Position numbers and translations under genes: made by a program | Assembly (NCBI GenBank): GCA_964035545.1 | Contig: OZ037769.1 | Span: 10,632,633 to 10,696,632 of the forward strand | Origin: Bugula neritina | Taxonomy: Eukaryota > Animalia > Bryozoa | DNA: 64,000 nucleotides | Direction: 5' to 3' | Shown: positions 33,199-46,500 of the stretch, one piece after another | Position numbering within the stretch: position 1 is the stretch's first letter | How the letters are laid out: every line of letters starts with the position of its first letter | The notes under the pieces: model-generated | Database searches by the model: none | What the model was told of the DNA's origin: nothing | Seen by the model: only the letters and a program-made list of their open reading frames with translations

Positions 33199-36100
33199 AA
33201 TCTCATTACCCAGCGCTCTCTTAGTAATGCTTTTTCCTTTAATAGTACACAGTCTATGCACCATCAGCAACAATCATAAAATATAAGTGATACAAACATA
33301 ATATAGCTATTTATAACAGGCATATAGGTGCAACCTGTATGTTTGTAATTGTATTGTTGACGTGTTTCTGTTTCTATCTCACTTTCTTGTATATCATAAT
33401 ATGTTCTGTATTGTTTATATATTATACCATAGTACTCCGAGTTGTGCGATTGTGCAAAATTTGTTGTATAGTCTGCAGACTGGTTGTGCAATACTGTGAT
33501 GTATGATAAGCATTGTTAAATAAAGATCCCTTTGCACCCGGTGCAGTATATTAAACAAACTAGTTCTTATTCTGTTGCATACAATCATGCACATCTCTTC
33601 TGTATTACTAACAAAATAATTCAATATAATATTATAACATGGTGCAGAATTAGCAATTTTAGCAAAAAGTATATTTAAAGGAGTTGGTTTAATGTATAAA
33701 CATAACTCAAAGAAGTCATTGATGGTAGCTATAGCTATCCAAAATGTTATTCTGATACACACAAAAATTGAGCAGCTGCCAGATATTACAGATACCACAT
33801 TGAGGTATTGAAATATTTGATCAAGTTTTCAATTTCCATAATTGCTTTAAAAGAATTGCTTGTAAAATAGTTTATCTACTGCATGTTGCCGAGATGCTGT
33901 AGAAATTTAATTATGTAGTTCCATTTGAAGTAAATAAATACAAATAGCATACTGTGCATAGACACAGATTATAATGCACAAGCAATTAATGGGTTAATAT
34001 AAGTTATTATGACCATGTAAAGCAAATTATAAATAACCTTCAAGTTTAATGCTGTTATGAGTTGTATTTTTATTCACAGTTCAAAATTGTTTTTAAAAAT
34101 TGATAAGGTTCCCAGGCTTAGTTGTAAAATTTACTACTAGTAAAACTGCAATGATACTTATTAAATTATTAGCTTAAATTATATAAATTGTGTTTAAATT
34201 GTAAATTAATACATGTACACGTGTATACATGTAATACATGTATATTTGAATTGTTTATGGTATATATTATACCACAGACTTAACAATACTTTACAACACT
34301 TTTTGTAAGTGTACTACAGTTTGCCTCTACATAAAACATAATGTTTTCTATAGTATAAGCACAATTAATGTAATAGGTGAGAAAAGATAAACTATAACAT
34401 TAGAATGTTTTTCCAGCTTAAAGTCAGCATGCAAAGATTTATTCTTCAACTTTAATTGACTGGAAATTACTGCAAAAGTCAAAACATGAGTCACACTGAT
34501 ATTTTGTTGTGAAGTTTGTTTTTATTGGACAGACTTCACAGTCTCCTTCCAGTATACTATAATGATATTAAATTACCATTCTTCAGAATACTACTAATAA
34601 ATTTTTCAATTTAACTGTGCAGAAAGCTTGCTATGTCCTTTATAATGCAATATCGCCATTAAATTGACAGATTTTGTTGATATTTATATTTTATGAGATA
34701 AGATTTAAAGTTAAAAGTTAAAAATAGATTACTTCTCTTTCACGATCTTCAAACATTTTTTCAAGCCCGTACTAACAAGTAGTTCTTAGCCTACAACATA
34801 CTGATGGAGTTGACAACTCTAAAAATAGATTTTTTTTCCTATTTAGGAGTTGTCTTACATCTATGTGTTGCTAGCCAACTATGTTACGTTGTGTTGACAA
34901 CTCTAGAAATACAAGGAAGTTTTTAAAATAAACTAGAACATAATATGAATCACTTTGTAAACAAAAGGTCTATGAGGGTTATTTGAGCTGCTAAACTTTA
35001 TAATTGAAGATCTTATTATAATGCTTTGATAATAAACCAATCTTACATTTAATAACAAAACATTTCAATTGAGTTAGTATAATGGTGCTTAGATTGAGCA
35101 AAGAAATTTTAATAGCCCAAGTTACCTACTCAAGTTTAGTTAAAAATTTTGGTCAAAGGTAGAAAACAAAATCTTTGCTCCATTTTGATCTAGAGCAAAG
35201 GCTTTCTCTAAATTGATAGAGAATGTTTATAAGTTAGGTGTAGATGACTGTGTGCAGTAATTTAAATTTCCCAATTGCCTATAAATCACTCTAAATCCTT
35301 CTAAAAACTGTTAATATTTCCTAAGCAATTCCTGCTTTAATCACCAAAGACAGTTTCCATCAATGTTATTAGAGATCAATTCAATAAAAGGACCCGAGAC
35401 TAAAAAGTAAAGCCTCTACACATTATTGTTCTGCCAAAACATGAAGATTCCAAAAATTTTCAAAGCTGAAAATGAGAATGCAATGAATAAGTAGTCGAAC
35501 TTATAGCTACTTTAAGCAACTGCAGTATGTGTAATTTTATCTATGTTGATATGACTATATAAGGGTTATTATAATACTTAGCAATAATTCTAAGTACCAT
35601 GTGCTAGTTCACTTCCTTTATATAGTTGGCCAGTCCTAAGATAGCATATCTTGGATAAAATAGCCATCTCAATAAAAGTCTCCACATCGTTCATTGTCCA
35701 TAATATTATTTTGCTAAGTTGTTTTTAAATAAGCATTGATTCAGAGTACTATTCACCATAACCTACTTCCTTATGAGATCACAGTCTATTGATGTAATGG
35801 GGTGATGCAATGAACTCCAAACAAAGTGACTTTGAATATAATTGGACTGTGGACTCTGATAGAAATGATATCACTGAGAACTAACTTAAATTGACTTCCT
35901 TTTTAAGATTCAAAGATTTAGCAACTTCCGACTTCTTCAATTTTATCATTTCTAGATGCTAGTCATTTCTATCTCAACACAAATACCAAGCAGAGGAGAA
36001 GAAAATATTGTGTTTGTGTGTGTACCATTCATTCACCAGCCTCACAGCATGCACCTTGGTGGCAGCATGACCATTGAATAACAATCAATACAATTTATTA

Positions 36101-36441
36101 GAGGAAGAAGAGATTGCACCACAATGCAAGTCTGCAAATCAGATAAATTTTCATAACTAGTTAATCAGTTTTCAACTAAATATAAAAAGTTTTATCATAA
36201 ATCAGGAATGCATTAGTACTAGAAATGAATTTAACTCCTGCATATAAAAAGACAAACATACAACTTTTCTTATGTAAAATCAGAGTATAAAAATACTATA
36301 AAACTAATAATGAAACTAATAGTAAAACAGGCTATTCCAGCACAAAGTGTACTTGGAAATAGTGTCCTGTCTTCATTATATTATATAGAAAGCTGCATGC
36401 CTAATTAAAGTTAGAAACAGCTGAAGATTGTCATGTCATGT

Positions 36442-39400
36442 TTATGGTTGAGTAGGGTAGGGAGCTGTCTGAGTAGGGTAGGGAGCTGCCTGAGGAGGGT
36501 AGGGGGCTGTCTGAGGGACCTGGGAGCCAGGGTAAGGTGAGCTTCCTGGGTAGGAGGGTGCAACCACTGCTTCATCGTATCCAGGAGGCATGTTGGGATC
36601 CTTCAACATACAACAAATCATAACCTAGAGTCCTAGACCATGAGTTAACAGCTAGACAGTGCACTATACACATGCATATAAAGTTCGCACCATTTCCTGG
36701 CATCACTATACAAGGTGAAGTTACTGCAGCTGTAAAACACATCTTACATTTACTTTATCGGACAGTTTTTATACTCGCTCCCCTCTCCAAAAAAACAGTA
36801 AGCTTAGAAAAACTAGGTTACTATTTTGAGTTTTATGATGCTGTGGTACAAGCTATGAATACCTCCAATAGAATAAAGGAGGAAGTGATCATATTCCCAG
36901 TAATGCCCTATTGCGCAGTGCCACAGTGCCGTGGTGCGTGACATACGCTAGTGGTGGAACTATGAATTCTTATGTAGCCTTTGTTACACTCCTTGACTTA
37001 TGAGGCATTTAGTTAAATAGTAACTATTGAGCATGACTAGGCATAATAACACGACTACGTAGAGTAGGTGGAGTAAGGAACATGCAGGTAGTGAATATTT
37101 GAGTACAGTGTAGGGTACAACTTGGTTTATTTTCACTGGTTGCTTAATTTTTGATTCAGTAAATGATGCAATGGTTGATTACGTTCATGGTATTAATCAT
37201 ACTACCATAACAATATATTACGATAATTTTATAAACTATATACCGAACCAATAATGTGACCAAAAAGGAGGTGAAAATCAGTAACAGTATTTCAGTATGC
37301 TACAGTTGCCAGGTAAAGATGCATCAACTCTTAAAAGTCAGCATGGAGTTGATTAGGTGGTACTAGTATTAGTACTAGTAATAATACTAATACATATACT
37401 AGAACCAGCAGTGGTACTAATTGCATTACACCTATAAGTCCAAGATTATCCAGTCTTCAAGAATGCAAATAAATAAAGCTTATATTACAGACACAGAGGT
37501 GGTGGCTCATAAGATATACTGCAGAGGGTAAGCTGTAGGAGGGTACAACAAGAGAGACCCAACACACTGGTGGTATAATGTAACTATAGACTAGTATAAT
37601 GTAACTATAGACTAGTATAATGTTACTATAGACTAGTACTGCTACTCAGTCAGCAACAGTGGAGATATGATCAAGTGACCACAGCTTTAAGTGATACAAT
37701 ATGAAGTGGATACTGATAGCTGATACTAATGAAACGCTGTACCAGGTTACACAACTACTGCTGATAAGGTGAACAGCCATGTAGGTTATCTGTCATACAG
37801 GCCTACAGCAGGGCAACCACTGCAATACCCTGAGGTAGGTGCAGTAATGGAGACACTGAGACAAGCCTGTGTTCTAGATTAGAAATGTAGCAACATAACT
37901 TATGTTCAATCTTTCAATTTCAACCCTAACTAAAACTTTTCAAGAAAATGAAGGAACTTATGCTATTTCAATTCTTCTATTACTACACCTCAACAGATGT
38001 TCAAACAAACTAATTACGTGAAGTTAATGACCTGGAACCTTTACAGCAAGAGGCATGGCATGACTGATGTCAAGGAAGAGATTTCAGAACGGAGAATGTA
38101 TTTCAAAAAGAAGTTTTAATACCTTTACAGGAGTGGCTCCAGCTTGATTCTCTGCATAGGCAGGGGGTTGTTGAACACCAGATGGTGGATAGCCCTGAGT
38201 GGGGTATGAGCCTGGGGGTGGATAGTAACCTACAGAAAATCACCAATCAGCTTACATTACATAATACAATAGCAATATGCATGCTCTAGGGTTATGCTCT
38301 CCTTCCCCACTCCCCAGTTAATATCCATGACACAAGCCTACGCTTATATTATATTGACATTTGAGGAGTTGATGTGTTGACATAGGTGGTGATGAAATAT
38401 GTCAGCCATATTGCATTATTAGCCCACTTGAAGCCTATTTTATTATCTGAGCTTAGGAAAATATTACAAGCAAAGCTTTGCATCTCAGCCAGTTCTAGTA
38501 GGCTACGGTTAGTTGTAAACTGTTAGTTGAAGTAAATTATATAATGGGTTATCCAAAGCTACTAGCAAATTCTCACCTGTCCCTGTGTTCAACAGTAGAT
38601 AAAATAGCATCACTAATGGCGTATAATGTGTATAATGTGCATAATGTGTATAATGTGTATAGTGTGTATAGTGTGTATCGTTAGATTTTACTTTCACTTG
38701 CTAGTAGCATTATTATGACACACTGTAAGCTGATACTGGGGAAAAGGAAAAGGTGCACACAGCACATCAGACACCACTTATGTATTACCATGACTGATTT
38801 CAAATAAGATGACAAGGCAAGTTTAAAACAAAATAAGTGACCTACTTAGTATTTTAGCAAATAGAGATTTATTACTTATGATTTCTTGAATATTACTTCA
38901 GACTTGCCAACTAGAGAGCATTTGAGAAGCCTTACAGTAAAGTATCCTTACCTCATAACAGTTACCATTACTTTTATAGAAGATATTATTTAAAGCATAA
39001 CAAAACACCAAACTACAAACAACCAGGTAAAAGCTTAGACTAAGTACCTTGATTGACAGTGCCGCTGGTGGCTGTGGTGGTAGTCACATTAAAACCAGCT
39101 GGAGCACCTTGCGTGAGCATGATATTTCTCTGTTGTATAATCATCTGGTTTCGTTTGTAACGGACACAGGCTCCGATACAGCTACTGATGGCTATTACCA
39201 CAAACACCACAATCACGTAGATGTCTGCAAGTCAACATCACTGGTATTAGTGGCAGCACAAACTCAACAACATACTATGGGAACATTTTTGAAGCTGCTT
39301 CACAAGATGTTATAAATGTCACACAACAGTTGTCAACACCTGTTATTCTACAGGAGACAGGTTCAATGCCTATAGAGTAAATTATAAAAATGCCAAACAA

Positions 39401-41778
39401 ATGGCAAAATAATATGAACTTAGTGGATGATAGCATAACAAGACATCTAAGCAGGTGTGTCATGAGTATACAAGATTTCCAATATATAATCACCTAGTAG
39501 TGCTATTCTAATCATACTAAACAAAGTAAGATGTAAAATGGAGTAACTTCATACAGACAGTAGATTATAAACTATAAAGCTAGGGTGTTATTCATAGTTT
39601 CTGGTAAAATTGTTGTGTACAGTTGGACTACCAACTAAACACTGCTCATACTTCCCGAGTCTTTGATGTAGCAATTACAAACCACTTATACTTTGATTAT
39701 AAATTCCAACAAAGTAACTATTACACCAGGAAAATCACCATAATATTATCACAGTAATATGCTTTTTAATGTAATAGTATGGTGAGCTTAAAGTTGAAAG
39801 TTAATAAGAGAGATGAGTATTCCCTGTTACCAGTGATCATATAATTCAGCTTATGAAATGATATGGTAATACTTACACCATGTGCTTCCATAGTAATAGT
39901 AATATGCTTCCTACAAGAAAAGAGAGAACATATGGTTGAAGTTTAGTGAACAATAAGACAATAAACATTGCAAGTAGCTTACCTTAACATGACAGGGGCA
40001 TTACAAAAGACACCAAAAACTGAAGAAATTATCCACTTTGCAGTTATAGTAATGAGGCAACGTTGTTGTTTTCTTGCACTTGCATATAAGTAAATGCATT
40101 AAATGGTTTCAACTTGGAATCAGACTAAAACATTACTATAACATACAGTCTATTGTAATTTTTTTATCAAATTGTTGAAATACGCAGATAATCTTGATCT
40201 AAGAATGAGAGAAGTTATATAGAAAATGTTTTTTTTTTTAAAATTAACAATCAGTGGCACTAATCAAATTTAACTAGAAAACTAGATATTTCAGGCTAAA
40301 GGTGTCTCTTTGTTATTGAGGTTAACAATTTAGCAGTCGTACAATTTGCTTGAAACAGCTCTACTCAATACCACCCAGTGCTTACTTTAAGCTCAGGCTG
40401 TCAGCTTTAAGAATAATGAAATAAATTATTTGAAGTAACTGAATGGCACAGTTTGATTTGAACATTTGAAAAGTATATAACAAGAGCTGCTGGCTTTTGA
40501 TTTTAATTACCAATGTCAATATATGATAACTATAATGTGACATTCTAATGCCAATATATAATATATTGTAAGTTGGCCTAACAGTTTACAACTAACTAAC
40601 AGCCTAGGCTTTAATTTGAAACACCATGATTTAACAATCACAATATATTTCTACAAGTATAACTATAACTGGTTGCTATTACTGATTTACTCTATTGGTT
40701 AAGCTTAATTTTATCCGAAACACTTAACAGATACTACAGTTACTAGTAGACTTATTACTACTAGAGTAGAGTTTAGACACTAGACATAGTAGAACTAACT
40801 TGAAGAGAAAATTCGGAGTGAGCTATAACCATAAGTGTAACTGTAGGTGTAGTAAGATGGTTATGCTAGTTTAACTTGATGTTTATAAGAGTTATTAACA
40901 ATATTATTTATATTACAACTACGTTACTTATTTTTATAATAATAATTATTCTAATAACTACAATATTAATATTTTATATGCTAAACCTATTTCAAATATA
41001 AAAAATAGTATATTATTAACTAAAATACTCATATTAATGTCATAGTGATAGTCATACTGATACTGAATAAATCAATATGAATAATAAATGACTGGTAGTG
41101 ATTGTGATACTCATTCACTGTCATTGTCATTTGACTGTGATAGAATTAAATCTAAAAATTTATATTCATATTATAATTATTTAAATACTCTTGTATTAAA
41201 TTTAATGGTTACACTTACTTCGTTTTAATTAAAAATTCAGCTTTTGAAAAATCTTGAGATTTTACAAGTACAGAGTGAGAGTAGTAGTAGTAGTACAGTA
41301 CTAGTAGTAGTACTAGTAGTTACAGCAAGTTTAGGCTTTCCTGGTACTCTACTTCTACTTTTCTTTTAGGTAGCAAGTATTCATATTAAAGTGGTTTGAA
41401 CCAGCTGAGTCTGATGCATCACCACCACCATAACCATGGTTATTTTACTTGCTTTTTTAACTTACATTTCAACCTGCAATACTGAATACTTACAGTTATA
41501 TTTATACCAATACTAATACTAATAGTAATAGTAATACTAATAGCGGTAGTAATACTAACAGTAAATCACTAAATGTAACAGTCATACGAAATATAATAGT
41601 AATACTGTAATCTAATACTTAAGCCCTACTGTAGTAACTGTTAGTGTTAATGTATAGATAAACTTGAAGTTAAAGATTAAATTTGAAGTTAGAGGCAAAG
41701 GATTAGGATACTTACCACTGGTTTTATATCCACGAATAAAACAATTAACGAAAGCAACAAGTATTGCATGCTTCCCAT
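36442..41778 (-). CDS. Single-pass type I membrane protein with PPxY-rich tail (Shisa-like/CYYR1/WBP1-like), ~179 aa
   Basis: Exons 41778-41716, 39910-39877, 39224-39048, 38229-38123, 36600-36442 splice in frame: MGSMQYLLLSLIVLFVDIKPVEA-YYYYYGSTW-YIYVIVVFVVIAISSCIGACV-RYKR...QQPPAY...MPPGYDEA...(APYP)x3. Missed by the ORF track. Confidence 0.82.
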
Positions 41779-41899
41779 AATTTAAATCTTTTCTGTAATG
41801 CCCAAATGTACGACTATCAACTGATCTTGGTTGCTTAAGGTAAAATGGTTCTGTCGCAACTACACTCTCTCGGTCAGTTCTTTGAAATGAAATTATGAC

Positions 41900-42070
41900 C
41901 GTGATGGTGATTCCGTATGTACGGAAGCATGGAGAAGTTTTATTTGGACACGTGAGTGCGCACGTGGTAGTAGCAGACGTCATAGAAGGTCCCCTTCCGA
42001 TTATTTTGCGCTTGATTGGTAGATTAGAGACAATGAAGCCGTAGCAGACCATAAGCTGCCACGTGCTGAA
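41900..42070 (-). promoter_or_regulatory. Putative promoter of the PPxY gene with an E-box cluster
   Basis: CpG-rich patch; CACGTG at 41949, 41961 and 42060; GACGTCA at 41976; ATTGG (CCAAT on minus) at 42015. Confidence 0.5.
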
Positions 42071-42907
42071 CAGAAAAGGAAAAACATTGAATAAACTTCC
42101 AGAATAACACTTCGACCGAACAACGAGTGTAAGGAACTTTTTCTCCCATCTTGATCCAGTTTAAAAACTGTTAAGCAATTGTGGATTAGTCAAATTAAAT
42201 CCAAAAAAGCATTGGCCTGATTTAATGATGGAAGAACCATATAAAGAAGCAGGCTATCTTTTCTTAATGTAGATGTTTCCTTTTATCGGCCAGGCTATGA
42301 TGTACCTCCTATAATACAATTTTATACTTTTCAGGAAAGAAGAGCATTAATTTAGTTGGGTGATCATTTGTTGCCCTAAAGTAGCTTCAACAAATCATTT
42401 TTTTTTAGAAAATAATATGTTGCTGAATCTAGTAAATTTGAGCAGTTTAATGAGTAAAAACATTGGGGTGTGGAGTTCATTCTGACCGGTAAGAGAATGA
42501 CGTTGTCTTCTACTCTATATTTTTTTCTTTGTCCAGTTTAAAAACCTCTGAATACCATGAAAAATGTGAGAAATCTTGCTAATAAATTAGTCACTGATAC
42601 CGACCACTTTGTCTCAAACTGTGTATAAAATATTACATCGACATGCTAGGCTCCATCTGTGGCTTATGATTCGTCAAACCTCCTGCCCAGCAAAGCATTA
42701 CATCAACAACTTTAAGCCTAGATTACAGGCATAGCAATTGGACACATTATCAAATAATTCAGCTATATAAAATTCTAGTTTAAATGATACAAACTAATTA
42801 ATTGCAAATATTGCATCTGCAGTAACTTAATGAAATGCACTGACAATTGTATAATATGAATATGCTAATATAAAATCAGTTTGGTGTTAAACTTGCTATG
42901 TGGCACA

Positions 42908-42959
42908 TGTGTGTGTGTGTGTGTGTGTGCGTGCGTGCGTGCGTGTGTGTGTGTGTGTG
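42908..42959. repeat. (GT)n/(GCGT)n microsatellite
   Basis: Direct observation. Confidence 0.95.
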
Positions 42960-43500
42960 GGGGAGGGGTTCAAAGTCTGTGAGTGGTACTGTTACACCTT
43001 CTCCATTAGGGTTGATACTTATCATTAAAATGCAATGCTTTCCATAGACTTGGATTAACAGCCAATACATAGGTTCTCCAATTTTTCAAATATGTATTAT
43101 ACTCACAAGTTTATAGTAAAAATATAAACAAAACAGTTAAAATTCACACCATGGTTCAAACTAGGCGTTACTGCTAATGATGACATGTAATACCCATCAG
43201 TAAAAGAAATATGGCCTGAAACAGCTAGGATTGAGTGAATGCAAGGTTTAAACGCTACCATAAAATAATAGAACACAAAAATACAATAATATAGTATAGA
43301 AAGCACAGTAATATCACAGAACCACTTACTGTGGGTATCTGCAGCCACAGTTATTATTGCAAAATATTATCAACTCAAACATAAAAACTTGATTGGCCGG
43401 AAAATGAATAATAAAATATATAAATTTATCTGTTGAAGATCTGTAGTCTTAAACTAGAATAATAGAAAGAGTTAGTATACTAATACAAAAGTTGAGAGTG

Positions 43501-46500
43501 TTAGATAATGAGGTTAACTCTGCTATTACTCCTTGAGGGAGGAGTCATAAGTTGGTCATCAGATGAGGTGCTGTCAACCGTAGCCAGTCCGTCTGTTTGC
43601 TGCTTAGCAAAGCGTATGAATACATGATCAAGGCTGGTTTGAGTCACGCTGTAATCCTCCACCTGACATCCAGTCCTTATGTTCTCCAGATGTGAGAAAA
43701 TATCCGCAACCTGTACAAGAAAATATATTGGCTTGAGCAAAAACAAGTCATAGCAACAAGTGGCTGGATTTCACACATGATAATCACACAAGTAGTGGGT
43801 AAATAATAAATAGCAGTATTTCGAGTTGAATGGCAACCGACAGAGAGAAGCCTATAAGGTGAGAGAATACATACTGGAACAGCAACTGATATGTGATACT
43901 GCGCCATAAGCAAGCTGCTCTCTAGTAAAGTTGCAGACGTTTGGAACTCAGTCTCCATAGCACTGATCACACTGGCTATATTAGAAGTTGTGTCCCTTGT
44001 CAGTCTGATGGTCACGTGGTATCCTTCACCGTACTTACTCTTAAGGTGTTGTGGGGTACCTACATAGGTTAGAGTTATGAGTCTACACAATGAGTACATG
44101 GCATTCTGGGTAACACACATTTTATATGAGCTCTGAAGAAACAGAAGGGGTAATCTGCTTTATGACCACCAATGTCACTTGCTTAGTAAAAAAAGGCAAG
44201 CTTATTGATTTTAAGTGCTACAAGCTTTTTTAATGCGATTAAATTTGTACAATACTACATTAAAATTTTAAAATTTCAAGAAAATACACCTGTACTTATA
44301 ACAGCATAAGATTTAGAAAAGGGATGATAAAGAGACTACAACAGCAACTGGCTGTAACCAGCTCACCTAGACATCTAAAGGTGCCGTTGACCATGATAGC
44401 CAGCCTGTTACACAACACCTCACATTCCTCCATACTGTGTGAGGTGAGCACAACTGCATGACCTTCCTTCGTAATCTTCATAATACTCTCCCACAAGAAC
44501 CTTCTAGCCTTTGGATCCATGCCTATAACACCACGTCGACAGGGGGCTGACTATGATGTCCAATACTACACTACACTAAGTATGTGATAGGTGTACACTA
44601 GGCATACACTAGGTATACATTATGAATGCAGTAGGTATACACTAGGTATGTACTACTTGTACTAGAACTATGTATTTACATATACATCTTCTAAGTATGT
44701 TATGTTTACCACAGCTTACCAGTGGTGGGTTCATCCATGAATATAATTGGAGGGTTTCCAATAAGCGCTATAGCAGCCTGCAGTTTCCTTTTATTACCAC
44801 CAGAAAGATCACCAGCTCTTTTATTCTTATACCGAGTTAGACCCATTTTTCTGACTTTCTTCTGAGCTACAGCCTACAGAGTTATTAGTACCAACATCAA
44901 TAGAGTCTACAGAAATACTTCAAGCAAACATTCTAAGCAAACCAGACATCTGATCATTAAACATCTGGTACCTACAGAATATTTAAGGGTTCAAAGTTCA
45001 GCAGATTTAAGCCTGACCAAATAAAATTTGAATAATAAACTCTGTACTTCAAATTAGGAGAGTTGGTTTACTTTAGCTCATATTTAGCTGAATACTTGTC
45101 AATAGGCTTAAAATGTCCAGTCTTGCAGTGGTAAGAACTGGAGCTGTAGATCTATATTGATTAATTATGTTTCTTGCGTGTATACAATATGTATCTAGTA
45201 CACAGTTTCCTACGTGTATACAATATGTATATAGTACACAGTTTCCTACGTGTATACAATATGTATATAGTACACTGACTTACACTAGCATGGGTGCGCG
45301 GTACACCTCTCAACTTGGCGTAGTACTCTAGATGTTCCATCACTGTGAGAAGAGGGTCAATAGCATCAAACTGTGGGCAGTAGCCCAGATATTGCTGCAC
45401 TTTAGTTGGTTCTTTAGTTATGCTGCAACATCAGTCATTGGCTGACACACAAATTTACTTTGTATTTAATGTTATTATGTCTTAAGACACACATATCAAC
45501 AGGCTAAACAGAAGGATTCCTATTGCCATGCCAAGGGTTAAAAGACCAGTACTAATTAACATAACATCAAAGTTTCGCCACATGTAGCAAAATGCGGATC
45601 TGTGCTAAGAAAATTGTTTTGAAAGTTACCTGCTACCACGCACAAACCATTGGCGACAAAAGTGAAAACAGAGTGCAATTCACCTTTGCCTATTTACTGT
45701 TTACAGGTCTGCTGCATAGCAAAGTAAAAAGAGCAATGCTATTAGCAGTTAGTAGAGCACCAGTGCGGGTGTTTTACCTGTGCCCCATCATGAAAGCATC
45801 TCCACCTGACGCGTTCATTATTCCAGTCAGCATTCTAAAGGTAGTTGTCTTCCCTGCTCCATTCACTCCGAGTAAACCGAAGCACTGTCCAGCAGGAACA
45901 CCAAAGTTTAGACCATTTACAGCTCTGCTCTTCTTGAATAGCTTCGTAAGGCTTTTTGTAGCCAACACATCGTTTGGTCGTGAACCTTGAAGTACACTTA
46001 CTATACTGTATATACTGTATGTACTTACTAAACTATATACTGTATGTACTTACTATACTATATACTGTATGTACTTACTATACTATATACTGTATGTACT
46101 CACTATACTATATACTGCATGTACTTACTATACTATATAGTGTATGTATTTACTATAATAAATATTGTATGTACTTGCTATACTATATACTGTATGTACT
46201 TACCTCTATTAACTACCTCTTCTTCTGCTAACACATCATCGTCCATTTCTGGCAGGTCCTTTGGTTTTGCAGTGGCTTTCCAGCGAATGAAGAAATTATG
46301 CTCAATCATGATGACAAGGAAGAAAAACACGGAGCCTTGCACAAAGAGAGCCACAAAATTTTTCCCAACAATTTCCATTCTACAAATATAAGCATATTAA
46401 AGTGAGTGAGCAGTAAGTTACATGCGACCTATCAGCAAGGTCAAGGACTAAGTGTGTGACGACATAGTCTCCACTCCGGTGAAACGCGGTGAGGACAGAA

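Noticed and set aside
36905-36955. GC-rich hairpin plus CTAG resembling a Helitron 3' end
   Set aside because: The hairpin is weak and no matching 5' end or second copy was identified.
39982-40085. Alternative first exon for the PPxY gene (AAG|GTAAGC donor)
   Set aside because: The frame needed to join exon 2 has a stop; exon 41778-41716 supplies a proper signal peptide.
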